Shown one piece after another: positions 45,736 to 54,776 of a DNA stretch of 64,000 nt. The translations under genes were made by a program, and so were the position numbers. Positions within the stretch are counted from its first letter, which is position 1; every line of letters starts with the position of its first letter. The DNA comes from a virus. The stretch spans positions 18,336 to 82,335 of IMG/VR virus record IMGVR_UViG_3300050821_010487; one strand, 5' to 3'. The notes under the pieces are model-generated. The model saw only the letters and a list, made by a program, of their open reading frames with translations. It ran no database searches and was not told the DNA's origin.

Positions 45736-46158
45736 CTAACGCGCGCCCGCGCGCACGGCCTCGGGCAGCCTCTCGAAGTCGAGCAGCGGCCAGCAGTAGT
45801 GCTGCTCGCCGTCGCTGGCCTGGATGATGATCGTGCCGTCGGCGCTGGTGCCGAGCATGATGCCTTCGCAGACGAGCCTTTCGTCCTTGCCGTAGGTGGC
45901 CCGGACCAGTGCACCGAGGTGCGAACTGTCGGTGACCTGGGCGGTTATGACGAACCGCGGCTTGTCCCGCAGCAGGCGCTTGGGGTGGTCGCTGGCCACC
46001 AGGTACTTCCGCACCGCCCAGTCGTAGGCGACGATCTGCTCGAACCTCGACCACCGCCCGATAGACGCCTGGCCGATGGTGACGCCGACCATCTCCAGGA
46101 CGTCGTGGAGCTGCTCGGCATCGAAGTGGCCTGGCACCATGAACTCCGGTCTCATCAT
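45736..46158 (-). CDS. Hypothetical protein
   Basis: 140 aa. Confidence 0.6.
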   Translation of the reverse strand: MMRPEFMVPGHFDAEQLHDVLEMVGVTIGQASIGRWSRFEQIVAYDWAVRKYLVASDHPKRLLRDKPRFVITAQVTDSSHLGALVRATYGKDERLVCEGIMLGTSADGTIIIQASDGEQHYCWPLLDFERLPEAVRAGAR

Positions 46159-46198
46159 CTTCTTGTCCCTCCCCTTGGTGGTGCTGTTGTGCGGGTGT

Positions 46199-46519
46199 TC
46201 AGACAGCCGGCACTTCGTGCATCGAGCTGGTACCGTCGCTGGATTCCTGCAGCAGCTCAGGAAGCGGCACAGCCTGCTCGGCCTCCTCGGCCTGCCAGCG
46301 GTAGAACGCGGCGAGCGACTGGTGGGCCTGGGCGAGTTTCCTGAGGTCCGGCCTACTGCTGGCGCCTCTTTGCACGTAGCGCTCAAGCGATGTGATGGCT
46401 AGCGGGTCGCTGGCCCGGAGCACGAAGACGTGCTCGCCGGGCGGGATGGCCACGCCGTCGGGCCCGATGATCTTCCCGTCGCTGATCTGGTAGCCATTTG
46501 ATAGCTGGTTCATGATCAT
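46199..46519 (-). CDS. Hypothetical phage protein
   Basis: VFVLRASDPLA motif; GGAGG RBS. Confidence 0.7.
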   Translation of the reverse strand: MIMNQLSNGYQISDGKIIGPDGVAIPPGEHVFVLRASDPLAITSLERYVQRGASSRPDLRKLAQAHQSLAAFYRWQAEEAEQAVPLPELLQESSDGTSSMHEVPAV

Positions 46520-46585
46520 CCTCCGTTTAGTGTTGCGAGCATTCGCCCTGGTCAGACTCGGGGGGTAGCAAGGGGGCTGAGCGGC

Positions 46586-46723
46586 CTACTTCGCTGGCGG
46601 CCTCCGGTTAGCGCGGTGCCTGGGTGCGGTGCTGTTCCGGCCCACGCGGTAGCCGATGTAGAGACACGCAACGGCCAGGACGAGTTCGCCGGTAATCAGC
46701 CACGCCCAGTGCTGCCAGCTCAT
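46586..46723 (-). CDS. Small membrane peptide
   Basis: One TM segment plus basic tail. Confidence 0.5.
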   Translation of the reverse strand: MSWQHWAWLITGELVLAVACLYIGYRVGRNSTAPRHRANRRPPAK

Positions 46724-47136
46724 CGTGCTCTCCTGCCGGTCGCGGCCCACTGCAGCACGAACGACCACACCATGGCGGCGAACCCTATGGATGCCACCCA
46801 GCGGCCGGGCCCGTGCCACATCACCAGGACCCACAGCAGGACCCCGGCCATGAACAGGGTCAGGACCATCGAGGACCACAGCAGCGCGACCCGGTCGATC
46901 GTGTACCGGCCTGCCTTGCGCTCGTGCAGCCCGAACGCGCCTGCTACCGCGCCCCACGGGGTGCGGTAGGACCAGACGGCGCAGCATCCCGGCGTGCCCG
47001 CGTTCCATACGGCGAGCGAGCGCGGCCTGGGCAGCCGTGCCCAGCAGTTGCGCTGCAGCCATGGCCGCAGGCCCCGGCCCAGTTTGGGGTCCATCACCAG
47101 CACGATCGGCTCACCTGGAGGAGTCGTCATCGCCAT
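46720..47136 (-). CDS. Membrane protein
   Basis: C-terminal hydrophobic helices. Confidence 0.55.
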   Translation of the reverse strand: MAMTTPPGEPIVLVMDPKLGRGLRPWLQRNCWARLPRPRSLAVWNAGTPGCCAVWSYRTPWGAVAGAFGLHERKAGRYTIDRVALLWSSMVLTLFMAGVLLWVLVMWHGPGRWVASIGFAAMVWSFVLQWAATGRRAR

Positions 47137-47449
47137 CCTCCGGGGGCGCGATGATCGTGTATCCGTGGTCGCCCAGGATCTCCGCCATAGCGTCGAGGCG
47201 CCGGCCGCGGAGCAGCTCGGCCTCGGCTTCGGTGATGACGCTCTGGCTGAGGGTGAGGTCATTGAGCGCCAGTCCGTCGAATGCGCTCTCGACCACCACG
47301 TGGCGCTCGATCGTGGGGGTGCCGAACGCGGTGTCCTTGACCTCGACCACCAGCTTCAGGGGGATCTCGCCCCGCTGGAGCTGGGGCAGGCCCTTGGTCA
47401 TGCGCTCGACCTTGCCGCGGCTGATGACCAGGTAGACGGTGTCTTTCAC
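47111..47449 (-). CDS. Hypothetical protein
   Basis: GAGGAGG RBS; first gene of leftward block. Confidence 0.75.
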   Translation of the reverse strand: MKDTVYLVISRGKVERMTKGLPQLQRGEIPLKLVVEVKDTAFGTPTIERHVVVESAFDGLALNDLTLSQSVITEAEAELLRGRRLDAMAEILGDHGYTIIAPPEDGDDDSSR

Positions 47450-47472
47450 GGGTTCCTCCTCATTCAGCCGCC

Positions 47473-47551
47473 ATGCTACAGGCTTTCTTGCTAACGCGCG
47501 AGACTAGAAAGCCACAATCGTGTTGCCTGTTAGCAAGAAACCCTGTAATGT
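47473..47551. promoter_or_regulatory. Back-to-back divergent promoters at the strand switch
   Basis: Minus: TCGCGC-GTTAGCAAGAAAGCCTG-TAGCAT (47473-47501); plus: TTGCCT-GTTAGCAAGAAACCCTG-TAATGT (47523-47551). Confidence 0.88.
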
Positions 47552-47590
47552 TGCTCTTGCAAGGGAACGAGCTACCAGGAGGCGTGCAGG

Positions 47591-47716
47591 ATGAAGCTCA
47601 AGCACTCAAAGAGCCGGGTTGCTGTATGGGGCATCTGGCCCGAGCGCACCCCCGGTGGGCGCGTCTGCATCGCCATGGCGTTCGGGCACCACTGGTTCGA
47701 CCTGTGGGTTGGCTGA
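47591..47716 (+). CDS. 41 aa hypothetical protein (not in ORF track)
   Basis: AGGAGG RBS directly after promoter. Confidence 0.5.
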   Translation: MKLKHSKSRVAVWGIWPERTPGGRVCIAMAFGHHWFDLWVG

Positions 47717-47726
47717 GGAGGCCACG

Positions 47727-47993
47727 ATGAGCAGCTACCGGTTCACATACGCCACCGACGGGGCGGGTGCCTCCATCTCCCGCGACGAGGCCGTTGACCG
47801 GCTGTCCAGTAAAGCGGGGAGCGTGGTCGTGACCTTGTACCCCGGGCCCACGTCGGTGCAGATCGAGCCAGGTGGCCTGGGCTCTCCCTACGTGGTGCCC
47901 CCGGGCTGGGGCCACCTGCCTGCTTCACGCGCTGAGAAGGCGGGGCACCTGATGATCGAGGCCGCGGCGCTCGCTGCGGAAGCGGAGGAGTAA
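47727..47993 (+). CDS. Hypothetical protein
   Basis: GAGGAGG RBS. Confidence 0.7.
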   Translation: MSSYRFTYATDGAGASISRDEAVDRLSSKAGSVVVTLYPGPTSVQIEPGGLGSPYVVPPGWGHLPASRAEKAGHLMIEAAALAAEAEE

Positions 47994-47997
47994 CGAG

Positions 47998-48459
47998 ATG
48001 TGCACCGAACCACGCGACCTGAGCGCCACCGAGTACGAGATAGCCGACAAGCTGACCGGCGCAGGCTGGAAGGCACACCGCTGCATGGACGCCTGGACCG
48101 CCTTCGAGAAGGACGGCCGCCAGGTCCTCATCAACTGGGACTCCGCGGGCGAGATCGAGTCCGTCGAGGGCATCCCCGCGGCCGAGCTGCTCGGCTTGCT
48201 GACCGGCACCCCGGAGCGCCCCGCCAAGGACACACCCGCCTACGGCCTGTGGCTGGCCGCGATCGAGGTGGCCATCCACGCGCCATGGCGCCAGAACACC
48301 AGCACCGGCACCGCCTCAGCCAAGATCCCCTGGGGCGACATCCACGCGCTGCGGCGCGTCCTGGACCGGCTGGGCATCGACTGGACCGCGGCCAAGCGCA
48401 AGAACGACGCCAGGCGCCGGGACCGCGCGCTGCAGGGATGGCAGGGCAGCGGGTCATGA
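47998..48459 (+). CDS. Hypothetical protein
   Basis: 153 aa. Confidence 0.7.
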   Translation: MCTEPRDLSATEYEIADKLTGAGWKAHRCMDAWTAFEKDGRQVLINWDSAGEIESVEGIPAAELLGLLTGTPERPAKDTPAYGLWLAAIEVAIHAPWRQNTSTGTASAKIPWGDIHALRRVLDRLGIDWTAAKRKNDARRRDRALQGWQGSGS

Positions 48460-48833
48460 GCTACGGCCACGCACACGAGCTACTCGCTAACGGTGCTAAG
48501 AGCCCGGCCGCCGAGCTGCGTGTGGCTGTGCGCAAGCTGAAGGCGTGGGCCGACCTGAACCCGCGCCTCGTGGAGCTGTACCTGGACTTCGAGGCGTGCC
48601 TGCGTGATATCGATGCCCACCTCCAGGAGCACACCAGCCCGATCCCCGAGGAAGACCTGGAGGTAGAGGTGTTCCGTCGTGGCAAGCATGCTGTGGGAGT
48701 GCGTCTCACCCACCTGCCCACCGGCCTGGTGACCTCGGCTTTTCGCGCGTCTGCGATCCAGGCGAAGACCCACGCGCTCACCGAGCTGCGAGCCAAGATT
48801 TCGGGCCATGCTGGAGAGCCTCGGGAGCACTGA
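48456..48833 (+). CDS. Class I release factor domain-3-like protein lacking GGQ
   Basis: IPEEDLEVEVFRRGKHAVGVRLTHLPTGLV...AKTHALTELRAKI. Confidence 0.7.
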   Translation: MSYGHAHELLANGAKSPAAELRVAVRKLKAWADLNPRLVELYLDFEACLRDIDAHLQEHTSPIPEEDLEVEVFRRGKHAVGVRLTHLPTGLVTSAFRASAIQAKTHALTELRAKISGHAGEPREH

Positions 48834-49246
48834 TGGCTAAGAATCAGCCGCACATCAAAGCGGCGCTCAGCCCGCACCCCGACGGCGACCGCATCGTCTT
48901 GTGGATCAAGAACACCCCCCGCGAGGACTTCCCGGACATGCTCGTCAAGGTGCGCGCGATCCACGGCACCCGGTTCGACTGGGACGAGAAGGTCTGGCAC
49001 ATGCCCCTCACCAGGCCGAACGCCGACCGGGTACTCGCCCTGGCATCTCACGAGAACGTCGAGATCGCCCCGGCCCTCGGCGCCTGGATGGCTGACCGCG
49101 CCTTCCTGGAGCGGATCGTCGCCCTGGAGGCCGGGCTCGCCGCCGTCCGGCAGCACCTGGGCCTCGACGTCCCCGATCCCGAGCGGCAGGCGGACGAGCT
49201 GCTGCGTGCGCTCACCCCCGGCGAGGCTGACAAGCCCCCGTTCTGA
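48833..49246 (+). CDS. Hypothetical protein, HARP-like
   Basis: VKVRAIHGTRFDWDEKVWHMP. Confidence 0.55.
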   Translation: MAKNQPHIKAALSPHPDGDRIVLWIKNTPREDFPDMLVKVRAIHGTRFDWDEKVWHMPLTRPNADRVLALASHENVEIAPALGAWMADRAFLERIVALEAGLAAVRQHLGLDVPDPERQADELLRALTPGEADKPPF

Positions 49247-49248
49247 CA

Positions 49249-49277
49249 TTGACCGTTAGCAAGAAACCCTGTAACCT
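49249..49277 (+). promoter_or_regulatory. Conserved phage promoter
   Basis: TTGACC-GTTAGCAAGAAACCCTG-TAACCT. Confidence 0.85.
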
Positions 49278-49319
49278 CTGCACGAGTCCTAAAACACCCA
49301 AGCAAGGACGGAGAGCACC

Positions 49320-49700
49320 ATGAACGACAGCGCCAAGTACACCCAGATGCACGACAAGCTGGACGGCTCGATCGAGCAGATGATCGAGGCGATCGACAAC
49401 GCCGGCACCGGCTTCACCCCCGCGCCGTTCGCCGGGGTCTGCACGGCCAAGGTCCTGCTGGCTCACGCCCAGTACACCGAGCTGGGCGATGAGCGTGCCG
49501 GTGGCTGGCAGCTCTTCCGCCAGCGCCTGCAGACCGCGGTCCAGGCCGTCACCCGCTCCTACGACAGCGGCCAGCCCACCCAGTTCGGCCTGTGGGACGG
49601 CCTGCACTTCGCGGCGGTCGAGGCCGGCAAGATCGACGGCGAGCAGGTGGCCATGAACGGGGAGACGGTGGCCCAGGAAGCGCAGGACTCCGGTGCCTAA
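49320..49700 (+). CDS. Hypothetical protein
   Basis: First gene after promoter. Confidence 0.75.
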   Translation: MNDSAKYTQMHDKLDGSIEQMIEAIDNAGTGFTPAPFAGVCTAKVLLAHAQYTELGDERAGGWQLFRQRLQTAVQAVTRSYDSGQPTQFGLWDGLHFAAVEAGKIDGEQVAMNGETVAQEAQDSGA

Positions 49701-50652
49701 GATCGCCTACGCCCGCACCAACTTCAGCAAGTCCTCGGTCGAGGTCATCTCACGGGCTATCACCATCTGCGAGGCCTACGCCCAGCAGGGCTACAACCTG
49801 ACGCTGCGCCAGTTGTATTACCAGTTCGTTTCCCGCGACTGGCTGCCAAACACCCAGCAGAGCTACAAGCGCCTCGGCTCGATCGTCAACGACGCCCGCG
49901 TGGCCGGGCTGATCGACTGGGACCACCTGGAAGACCGCACCCGCAACCTCGAACGGCTGGCCCAGTGGGACAGCCCCGAGAACGCCATGGATGCCATCGC
50001 GGCCCAGTTCCGGCTGCCGCTGTGGGCCGAACAGCCCGAGTACGTCGAGGTGTGGGTCGAGAAGGAAGCCCTCGCCGACGTCGTGTCCAGGCCCGCCGAG
50101 CGCTGGTTCGTGCCCTACTTCCCGTGCCGCGGGTATGTCTCGCAGTCGGAGATGTGGCGGGCCGCCCAGCGCATCCGCAGGCAGGAGCGTAACGGCAAGA
50201 AGGCCGTGATCATCCACCTCGGCGACCACGACCCGTCCGGGATCGACATGACCCGCGACATCGAGGACCGGTTGTGGCAGTTCGGTTCCCAGGTCCACGT
50301 CGAGCGGATCGCCCTCAACCTGGACCAGATCAGCCGGTACAGGCCGCCGCCGAACCCGGCCAAGCTTACCGACGCCCGGCATTCGGGATATGTGGACCAG
50401 TTCGGTGACGCGGTGCTTGACGAGAACGGCGAGGCGATGTCCTGGGAGCTGGACGCGCTCGACCCGGCCACCCTGGACACGCTGATCGAAGACACGATCC
50501 TGGCGCACCTCGACCGGGACCAGTGGGATGGCGACTACGCGGTCATGGAGCAGGAGCGCGCGGTCCTGACTGCGATCTCGGAGAACTGGCGCGAGCTGGC
50601 CGGGTTCGTCCGCAGCTCGGGCTGGGTGCAGCAGGGAGAGGACGAGGACTGA
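49693..50652 (+). CDS. Topo VI-A/Spo11-like winged-helix plus Toprim protein
   Basis: TLRQLYYQ, VEVWVEK, LGDHDPSG, WELDAL. Confidence 0.8.
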   Translation: MPKIAYARTNFSKSSVEVISRAITICEAYAQQGYNLTLRQLYYQFVSRDWLPNTQQSYKRLGSIVNDARVAGLIDWDHLEDRTRNLERLAQWDSPENAMDAIAAQFRLPLWAEQPEYVEVWVEKEALADVVSRPAERWFVPYFPCRGYVSQSEMWRAAQRIRRQERNGKKAVIIHLGDHDPSGIDMTRDIEDRLWQFGSQVHVERIALNLDQISRYRPPPNPAKLTDARHSGYVDQFGDAVLDENGEAMSWELDALDPATLDTLIEDTILAHLDRDQWDGDYAVMEQERAVLTAISENWRELAGFVRSSGWVQQGEDED

Positions 50653-50906
50653 TGGCGCTGACCATAACCACCCTGGCGTTGCTGCAGGCCGAGGTTGAGC
50701 AGATGGACGATGCTGCCGACCTGGCCAGGGTGCTTGCTGCTGTCGGCAGCTTTGCGCTGGAGAGGCTGGGCTTCACCCCGGGCGCTCCCGCGGATGTGAA
50801 GATCGACATCGGTGACGAGGACCCGGACCGGATGTCGATCAAGATCATCTGGCCGGTGCCTGACAGCTCAGATCCTGACACCGAAGCGCCTACCGAGGAG
50901 AACTGA
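50652..50906 (+). CDS. Hypothetical protein
   Basis: Coupled small ORF. Confidence 0.55.
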   Translation: MALTITTLALLQAEVEQMDDAADLARVLAAVGSFALERLGFTPGAPADVKIDIGDEDPDRMSIKIIWPVPDSSDPDTEAPTEEN

Positions 50907-51205
50907 TGGACCAGGCGAAGATCGAGGAGATCACCGCCCTGATTGACAGGGCCAGCGAGAACGAGGCGCTCAGCGCTCTGGGGGAGATGCTGCCCAGAGA
51001 GCTGCCCAGTGACGCCCGCAGCTCGATCCTTTTCGCTGCGGAAGCGGCCAAGAGTGCCCGGCAGACACTGGCTGACGCCATCGCCGCCGCGACCGACGGG
51101 AAGCTGGCCATCGCCGCCGCGATAGCCCAGGAGGCGCACAGCTCCGCTGCCTTGGTAACCGGACGGCTCAAGAACGCCGAGATGATGCGGAGAGCCGGGA
51201 GATGA
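50906..51205 (+). CDS. Hypothetical protein
   Basis: GAGGAG RBS. Confidence 0.6.
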   Translation: MDQAKIEEITALIDRASENEALSALGEMLPRELPSDARSSILFAAEAAKSARQTLADAIAAATDGKLAIAAAIAQEAHSSAALVTGRLKNAEMMRRAGR

Positions 51206-51567
51206 TCGCTAGCCCGCCCCCGCCCGGACCGGGCACCTGCCACTCGACCTGGACCGCCAGCCTGAACACCAGCGGCGACGGCGGCACGGGCCTGTGGGAG
51301 GACAACGACTGCGGCTTCCAGGGCCGTATCCGCCTGGTGTGCCGCCAGCTCTCCGGATCGGGCACCTCGATCGCCCGCGGCGACTGGGAGGTAGCCGATC
51401 AGCTCAAGGACTCGGCTGCCTGCCCGAACGGCATGCCCGAGGTGATCAACGGCTCGTGGCAGAAGCGCAAGGCCGCGGGCGATACCGTCCGCACCTGCCG
51501 GTTCTACCCCGTCACCAAGCCGTGCACGACTACCAGCTACCCGGTCCGGCTGACGGTGCTGTCATGA
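51202..51567 (+). CDS. Cys-rich hypothetical protein
   Basis: Coupled, six Cys. Confidence 0.6.
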   Translation: MIASPPPPGPGTCHSTWTASLNTSGDGGTGLWEDNDCGFQGRIRLVCRQLSGSGTSIARGDWEVADQLKDSAACPNGMPEVINGSWQKRKAAGDTVRTCRFYPVTKPCTTTSYPVRLTVLS

Positions 51568-51845
51568 CCGGCTTCAGCAAGAGCTGGCCTGACGCCGAGG
51601 ACCTCACCACCCAGTACGCCTGGCCTGACCTCATCGAGCCGCCCCCGATCATCAAGCCGGCGCCTATCGAGGTTCGGCCGATCGACCAGGCGGCTGTCAC
51701 CAGGATTCTGGGTGCCAGCTCACCCGGCCTCTACTACGACGAGGCGGCTCAGTTCGGCCGCCTTGACCCTCATCTGCTGGAAGACCTGCTGCTCAAGGGC
51801 CGCAAGACCGGCCTGGCTGAGGAGGACCAATGCCCAGATACCTGA
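51564..51845 (+). CDS. Hypothetical protein
   Basis: Coupled small ORF. Confidence 0.55.
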   Translation: MTGFSKSWPDAEDLTTQYAWPDLIEPPPIIKPAPIEVRPIDQAAVTRILGASSPGLYYDEAAQFGRLDPHLLEDLLLKGRKTGLAEEDQCPDT

Positions 51846-52345
51846 TCAGCCTGACCGACGAGAACGCGGCCAAGCTGGAGAGCAGGCTCGGTGGCGCCTT
51901 GCGCATCATCCCCGCCTGGGGCGACTCGTTCTCGGGCCCGCTCATCGCCAGCCTCGACGCCGTCGCCGACAAGGAGCTGGAGCCCGTCCTCGACCGCCTG
52001 GCCGCGGGCGTCTCCATGTACCACCACGGCGGCCCGCCCGGATCGCGCGGCAAGATTCATCGCGCCGGGTGCGACGAGCTGTGCACCGCCAGCGGCCCCG
52101 AGGCCGCGCTGAAGCGCTACGCGGAGAAGCTGGCGGAGCGCGCAGGCCCCGACCCCTACGGCGGCCGTGGCATCCGCGTGGGTGACCACTGGGAGCCACC
52201 GATCGGTGCCATGCCCGGCGACCGGCTGCTGATGGGCTACAACGGCACCTGCACAGCCAATGCCAGGCGCGGCACCGGCACCGGGATCTGCGACCGCCCC
52301 CTGGACGAGCTGGGCCAGTGCGACCGGGCCAGCGACCACATCTAG
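51830..52345 (+). CDS. Hypothetical protein
   Basis: GAGGAGG RBS; C-terminal Cys/His cluster. Confidence 0.7.
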   Translation: MPRYLISLTDENAAKLESRLGGALRIIPAWGDSFSGPLIASLDAVADKELEPVLDRLAAGVSMYHHGGPPGSRGKIHRAGCDELCTASGPEAALKRYAEKLAERAGPDPYGGRGIRVGDHWEPPIGAMPGDRLLMGYNGTCTANARRGTGTGICDRPLDELGQCDRASDHI

Positions 52346-52355
52346 GAGGCGCCTG

Positions 52356-52628
52356 GTGGATCGTGATGCCGCGCTTGAATGCGCCGTTGAGGCGATGCAG
52401 GCCCATGGCAACACGGGGCTGACTGACCAGTGGTGGCGCAGGTGGCTGCCGGAGGATTATGCCGCTAACACCGCTATGCACCTGCGGAGATGCGCGGGCT
52501 GCTGTGGCTGGCACGGAGGCCGGATGGGGCACCATCTGCCGGGGCTGCCGACCACCGTCCAGATGAGCCTGTCTTGCTTTCTGATGGAGCGGGCCGTGCG
52601 GCTGATTTCGGCGAGTGATACCGATTAG
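52356..52628 (+). CDS. Hypothetical protein
   Basis: AGGAGG RBS. Confidence 0.5.
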   Translation: MDRDAALECAVEAMQAHGNTGLTDQWWRRWLPEDYAANTAMHLRRCAGCCGWHGGRMGHHLPGLPTTVQMSLSCFLMERAVRLISASDTD

Positions 52629-52635
52629 GAGACAC

Positions 52636-52836
52636 ATGCTGAACCTGTACCGAATCCCCCACCGCGCCCGGGTCGTTGTGTGCCGGTGGCTGCTGATAGG
52701 CGCCGGGATGTGCTACGGCGCGGGGCTCATGGGCGCTAGCTGGCTCACGCTGGCGGGTGGCATCACCTGCTCCGCGGCATGGTGGGCCATCCCCGAGCGC
52801 ACGACCCGGCCCGAGCGCCAGGAGATCAGGCGATGA
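52636..52836 (+). CDS. Small membrane protein
   Basis: AGGAG RBS, hydrophobic. Confidence 0.55.
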   Translation: MLNLYRIPHRARVVVCRWLLIGAGMCYGAGLMGASWLTLAGGITCSAAWWAIPERTTRPERQEIRR

Positions 52837-53270
52837 CCGCCTACGAGGCCATCGCCGAGTTCATCCAGAAGTGCTGGGACGAGGACAGGGCCACGCTGCA
52901 GGCCGCGGGGCCCGGCGAGATCGCCTGGCTGACCTACCTCTGCCCCGATGGTCAGATGGGCTATACAACTGTCGCGCACCGGCACCACGAAGAAGGCCCG
53001 TGGGTCGCGAACGGCAAGGAGCTGAAGGAGCCCGCCTCGTTCCGGGTGATCTTCAACCGGGGGCGGGAGCTGCACCGTCTCACGCAGAACCGGATGATCC
53101 TGCAAGAGCACCGCCCGGACCGCAGCGACCCCACGCGGTGCCGGGTCTGCACGTCGGCCGCCCAGGGCTTCCACACCCGGTTCCGGCACCCGTGCCGGAC
53201 GGTGCGGCTGCTGGCTTCGGAGTACGACGACCGCCCCGGCTACCAGTACAGCCTGTGGGCTCCGGATTGA
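52833..53270 (+). CDS. DUF6221-like actinophage protein
   Basis: IAEFI...EDRA...CRVC...PCRTVRLLASEYDDRPGY. Confidence 0.7.
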   Translation: MTAYEAIAEFIQKCWDEDRATLQAAGPGEIAWLTYLCPDGQMGYTTVAHRHHEEGPWVANGKELKEPASFRVIFNRGRELHRLTQNRMILQEHRPDRSDPTRCRVCTSAAQGFHTRFRHPCRTVRLLASEYDDRPGYQYSLWAPD

Positions 53271-53295
53271 CCGTTAGCAAGGAACCCTGTATTCT
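53267..53295 (+). promoter_or_regulatory. Conserved phage promoter
   Basis: TTGACC-GTTAGCAAGGAACCCTG-TATTCT. Confidence 0.85.
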
Positions 53296-53332
53296 GGGCT
53301 GAGCAAGGAAACGGACCCCAACGGAGGCCCCA

Positions 53333-53503
53333 GTGACTAACCAGCCCCAGCCTGTGCCCCTCGCGGTGCAGCGCCGGCGTGCCGAGACCCGCAACGCGCT
53401 CAGGTCCATTCTCGGCCCGGCCATCGACGTCACCGAAGAGATGGTTGACGTCTTCATCGCCGAGGCTGACGCCGAGCGCGCCCTCGAAAGCCGGGTGAGC
53501 TGA
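53333..53503 (+). CDS. 56 aa hypothetical protein (not in ORF track)
   Basis: GGAGG RBS after promoter. Confidence 0.6.
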   Translation: MTNQPQPVPLAVQRRRAETRNALRSILGPAIDVTEEMVDVFIAEADAERALESRVS

Positions 53504-53504
53504 C

Positions 53505-53774
53505 GTGGCCAGAACCAGGCGGAAGATCCTAACCCAGCACCCGGCGACCTACAGCTCACCCGCGGCTCCGCACCCATTCGCGGTCGTGATGAACATCGAT
53601 GCCACCGGCCCGGCTTTCGCCAAGGACCGAGAAGTGCTCGTCCGCTTCGACGCGGTCGCGCTCAGCCGCCTCCTCGGCGCGATCCCCGCCTCCCGGTTCG
53701 ACGGTGCGACCGGCACCGAGGACTACGCGGCCTTCACCCGGCTGCTCCGCTGGCTCGCAAGGCAGCGGGGCTGA
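53505..53774 (+). CDS. Hypothetical protein
   Basis: Operon context. Confidence 0.6.
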   Translation: MARTRRKILTQHPATYSSPAAPHPFAVVMNIDATGPAFAKDREVLVRFDAVALSRLLGAIPASRFDGATGTEDYAAFTRLLRWLARQRG

Positions 53775-53775
53775 C

Positions 53776-54219
53776 ATGGCCCCCCTGCCTGTGGTCCGCC
53801 GCGACGGCGGCCGGGCCGCTGCCGGGTACAAGGGCGCGGCCAGCGACTGCGCGTGCCGGGCTATCGCCATCGCCACTGAGAGCGACTACCAGATGGTCTA
53901 CGACATGATCATCCGGTTCGCGGCCAAGTACGAGCGGCCGTCGGCCCGCAAGCGCCCGTCCCACCCGCGGACCGGCGTCCACCGGGCGCTGATGATGAAG
54001 ATCATGTCCACCAGGGGCTTCGGCTGGAACTGGCACCCCACCATGGGCATCGGGACCGGCTGCAAGGTGCACCTGGCCGAGGGCGAGCTGCCCAGCGGCC
54101 GGCTGATCACCAGTGTCTCCCGCCACTATGTCGCCGTGATCAACGGCATCGTGTTCGACAGCCACGACCCGACCCGCGGCGGCACCCGCTGCGTCTACGG
54201 CTACTGGACCAGGGATTAG
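53776..54219 (+). CDS. Conserved phage protein, papain-like Cys/His/Asp pattern
   Basis: DCACRAIAIAT...HYVAVINGIVFDSHD. Confidence 0.65.
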   Translation: MAPLPVVRRDGGRAAAGYKGAASDCACRAIAIATESDYQMVYDMIIRFAAKYERPSARKRPSHPRTGVHRALMMKIMSTRGFGWNWHPTMGIGTGCKVHLAEGELPSGRLITSVSRHYVAVINGIVFDSHDPTRGGTRCVYGYWTRD

Positions 54220-54221
54220 CC

Positions 54222-54776
54222 GTGGCGAGATACAAGCCTGTCGGGGACCAGCTCCTGAAGCGGCTGCGCGCCGACGGCATCGTGCCGTTCGGCCACCGCG
54301 CCACCATCGACCGCCTCCACCCGAACCAGCGGGACCGCTACGCGGGAGCCTGGATGTGGTCAGCCGCCTGGCAGCAGGGCGGCACCGGATACACCGCGGG
54401 ATCGCGGTCGTCTATGAAGGCCTGCCTGGAGGCATCGCTGCTGGTGCTCGACCGCGAGCCGGGTGGCGTCATCCACGTCACGCCGAAAAACCTCACCCCA
54501 GGCGGCCCGCCACCTCCTCCCGCGAAGCAGCCTTGCCCGGTGTGCGGGCGCACCACGATCATCCGCGCTGACGGGCGGCTCCGGATGCACCGCCTGGCCC
54601 CCGGCAGCCGCACGCAGTGCCCAGGTGGCCAGCACACCCCGGGAGAGGCCGCCGGCCTCTCCCTGGAGCGGCACGAACTGTCTGTGCTGATCGACCGGTG
54701 GACGCTGCTGCCGGACAGCGTGATGGATGCCGTTGACCGCTACGTGCGTCACGAGCAACAAGAGAGGCAACGATGA
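54222..54776 (+). CDS. Hypothetical protein with zinc finger
   Basis: CPVCGR...H...CPG. Confidence 0.65.
   Translation: MARYKPVGDQLLKRLRADGIVPFGHRATIDRLHPNQRDRYAGAWMWSAAWQQGGTGYTAGSRSSMKACLEASLLVLDREPGGVIHVTPKNLTPGGPPPPPAKQPCPVCGRTTIIRADGRLRMHRLAPGSRTQCPGGQHTPGEAAGLSLERHELSVLIDRWTLLPDSVMDAVDRYVRHEQQERQR

Noticed and set aside
49693-50652. Wadjet defence system
   Set aside because: No JetABC/SMC genes nearby
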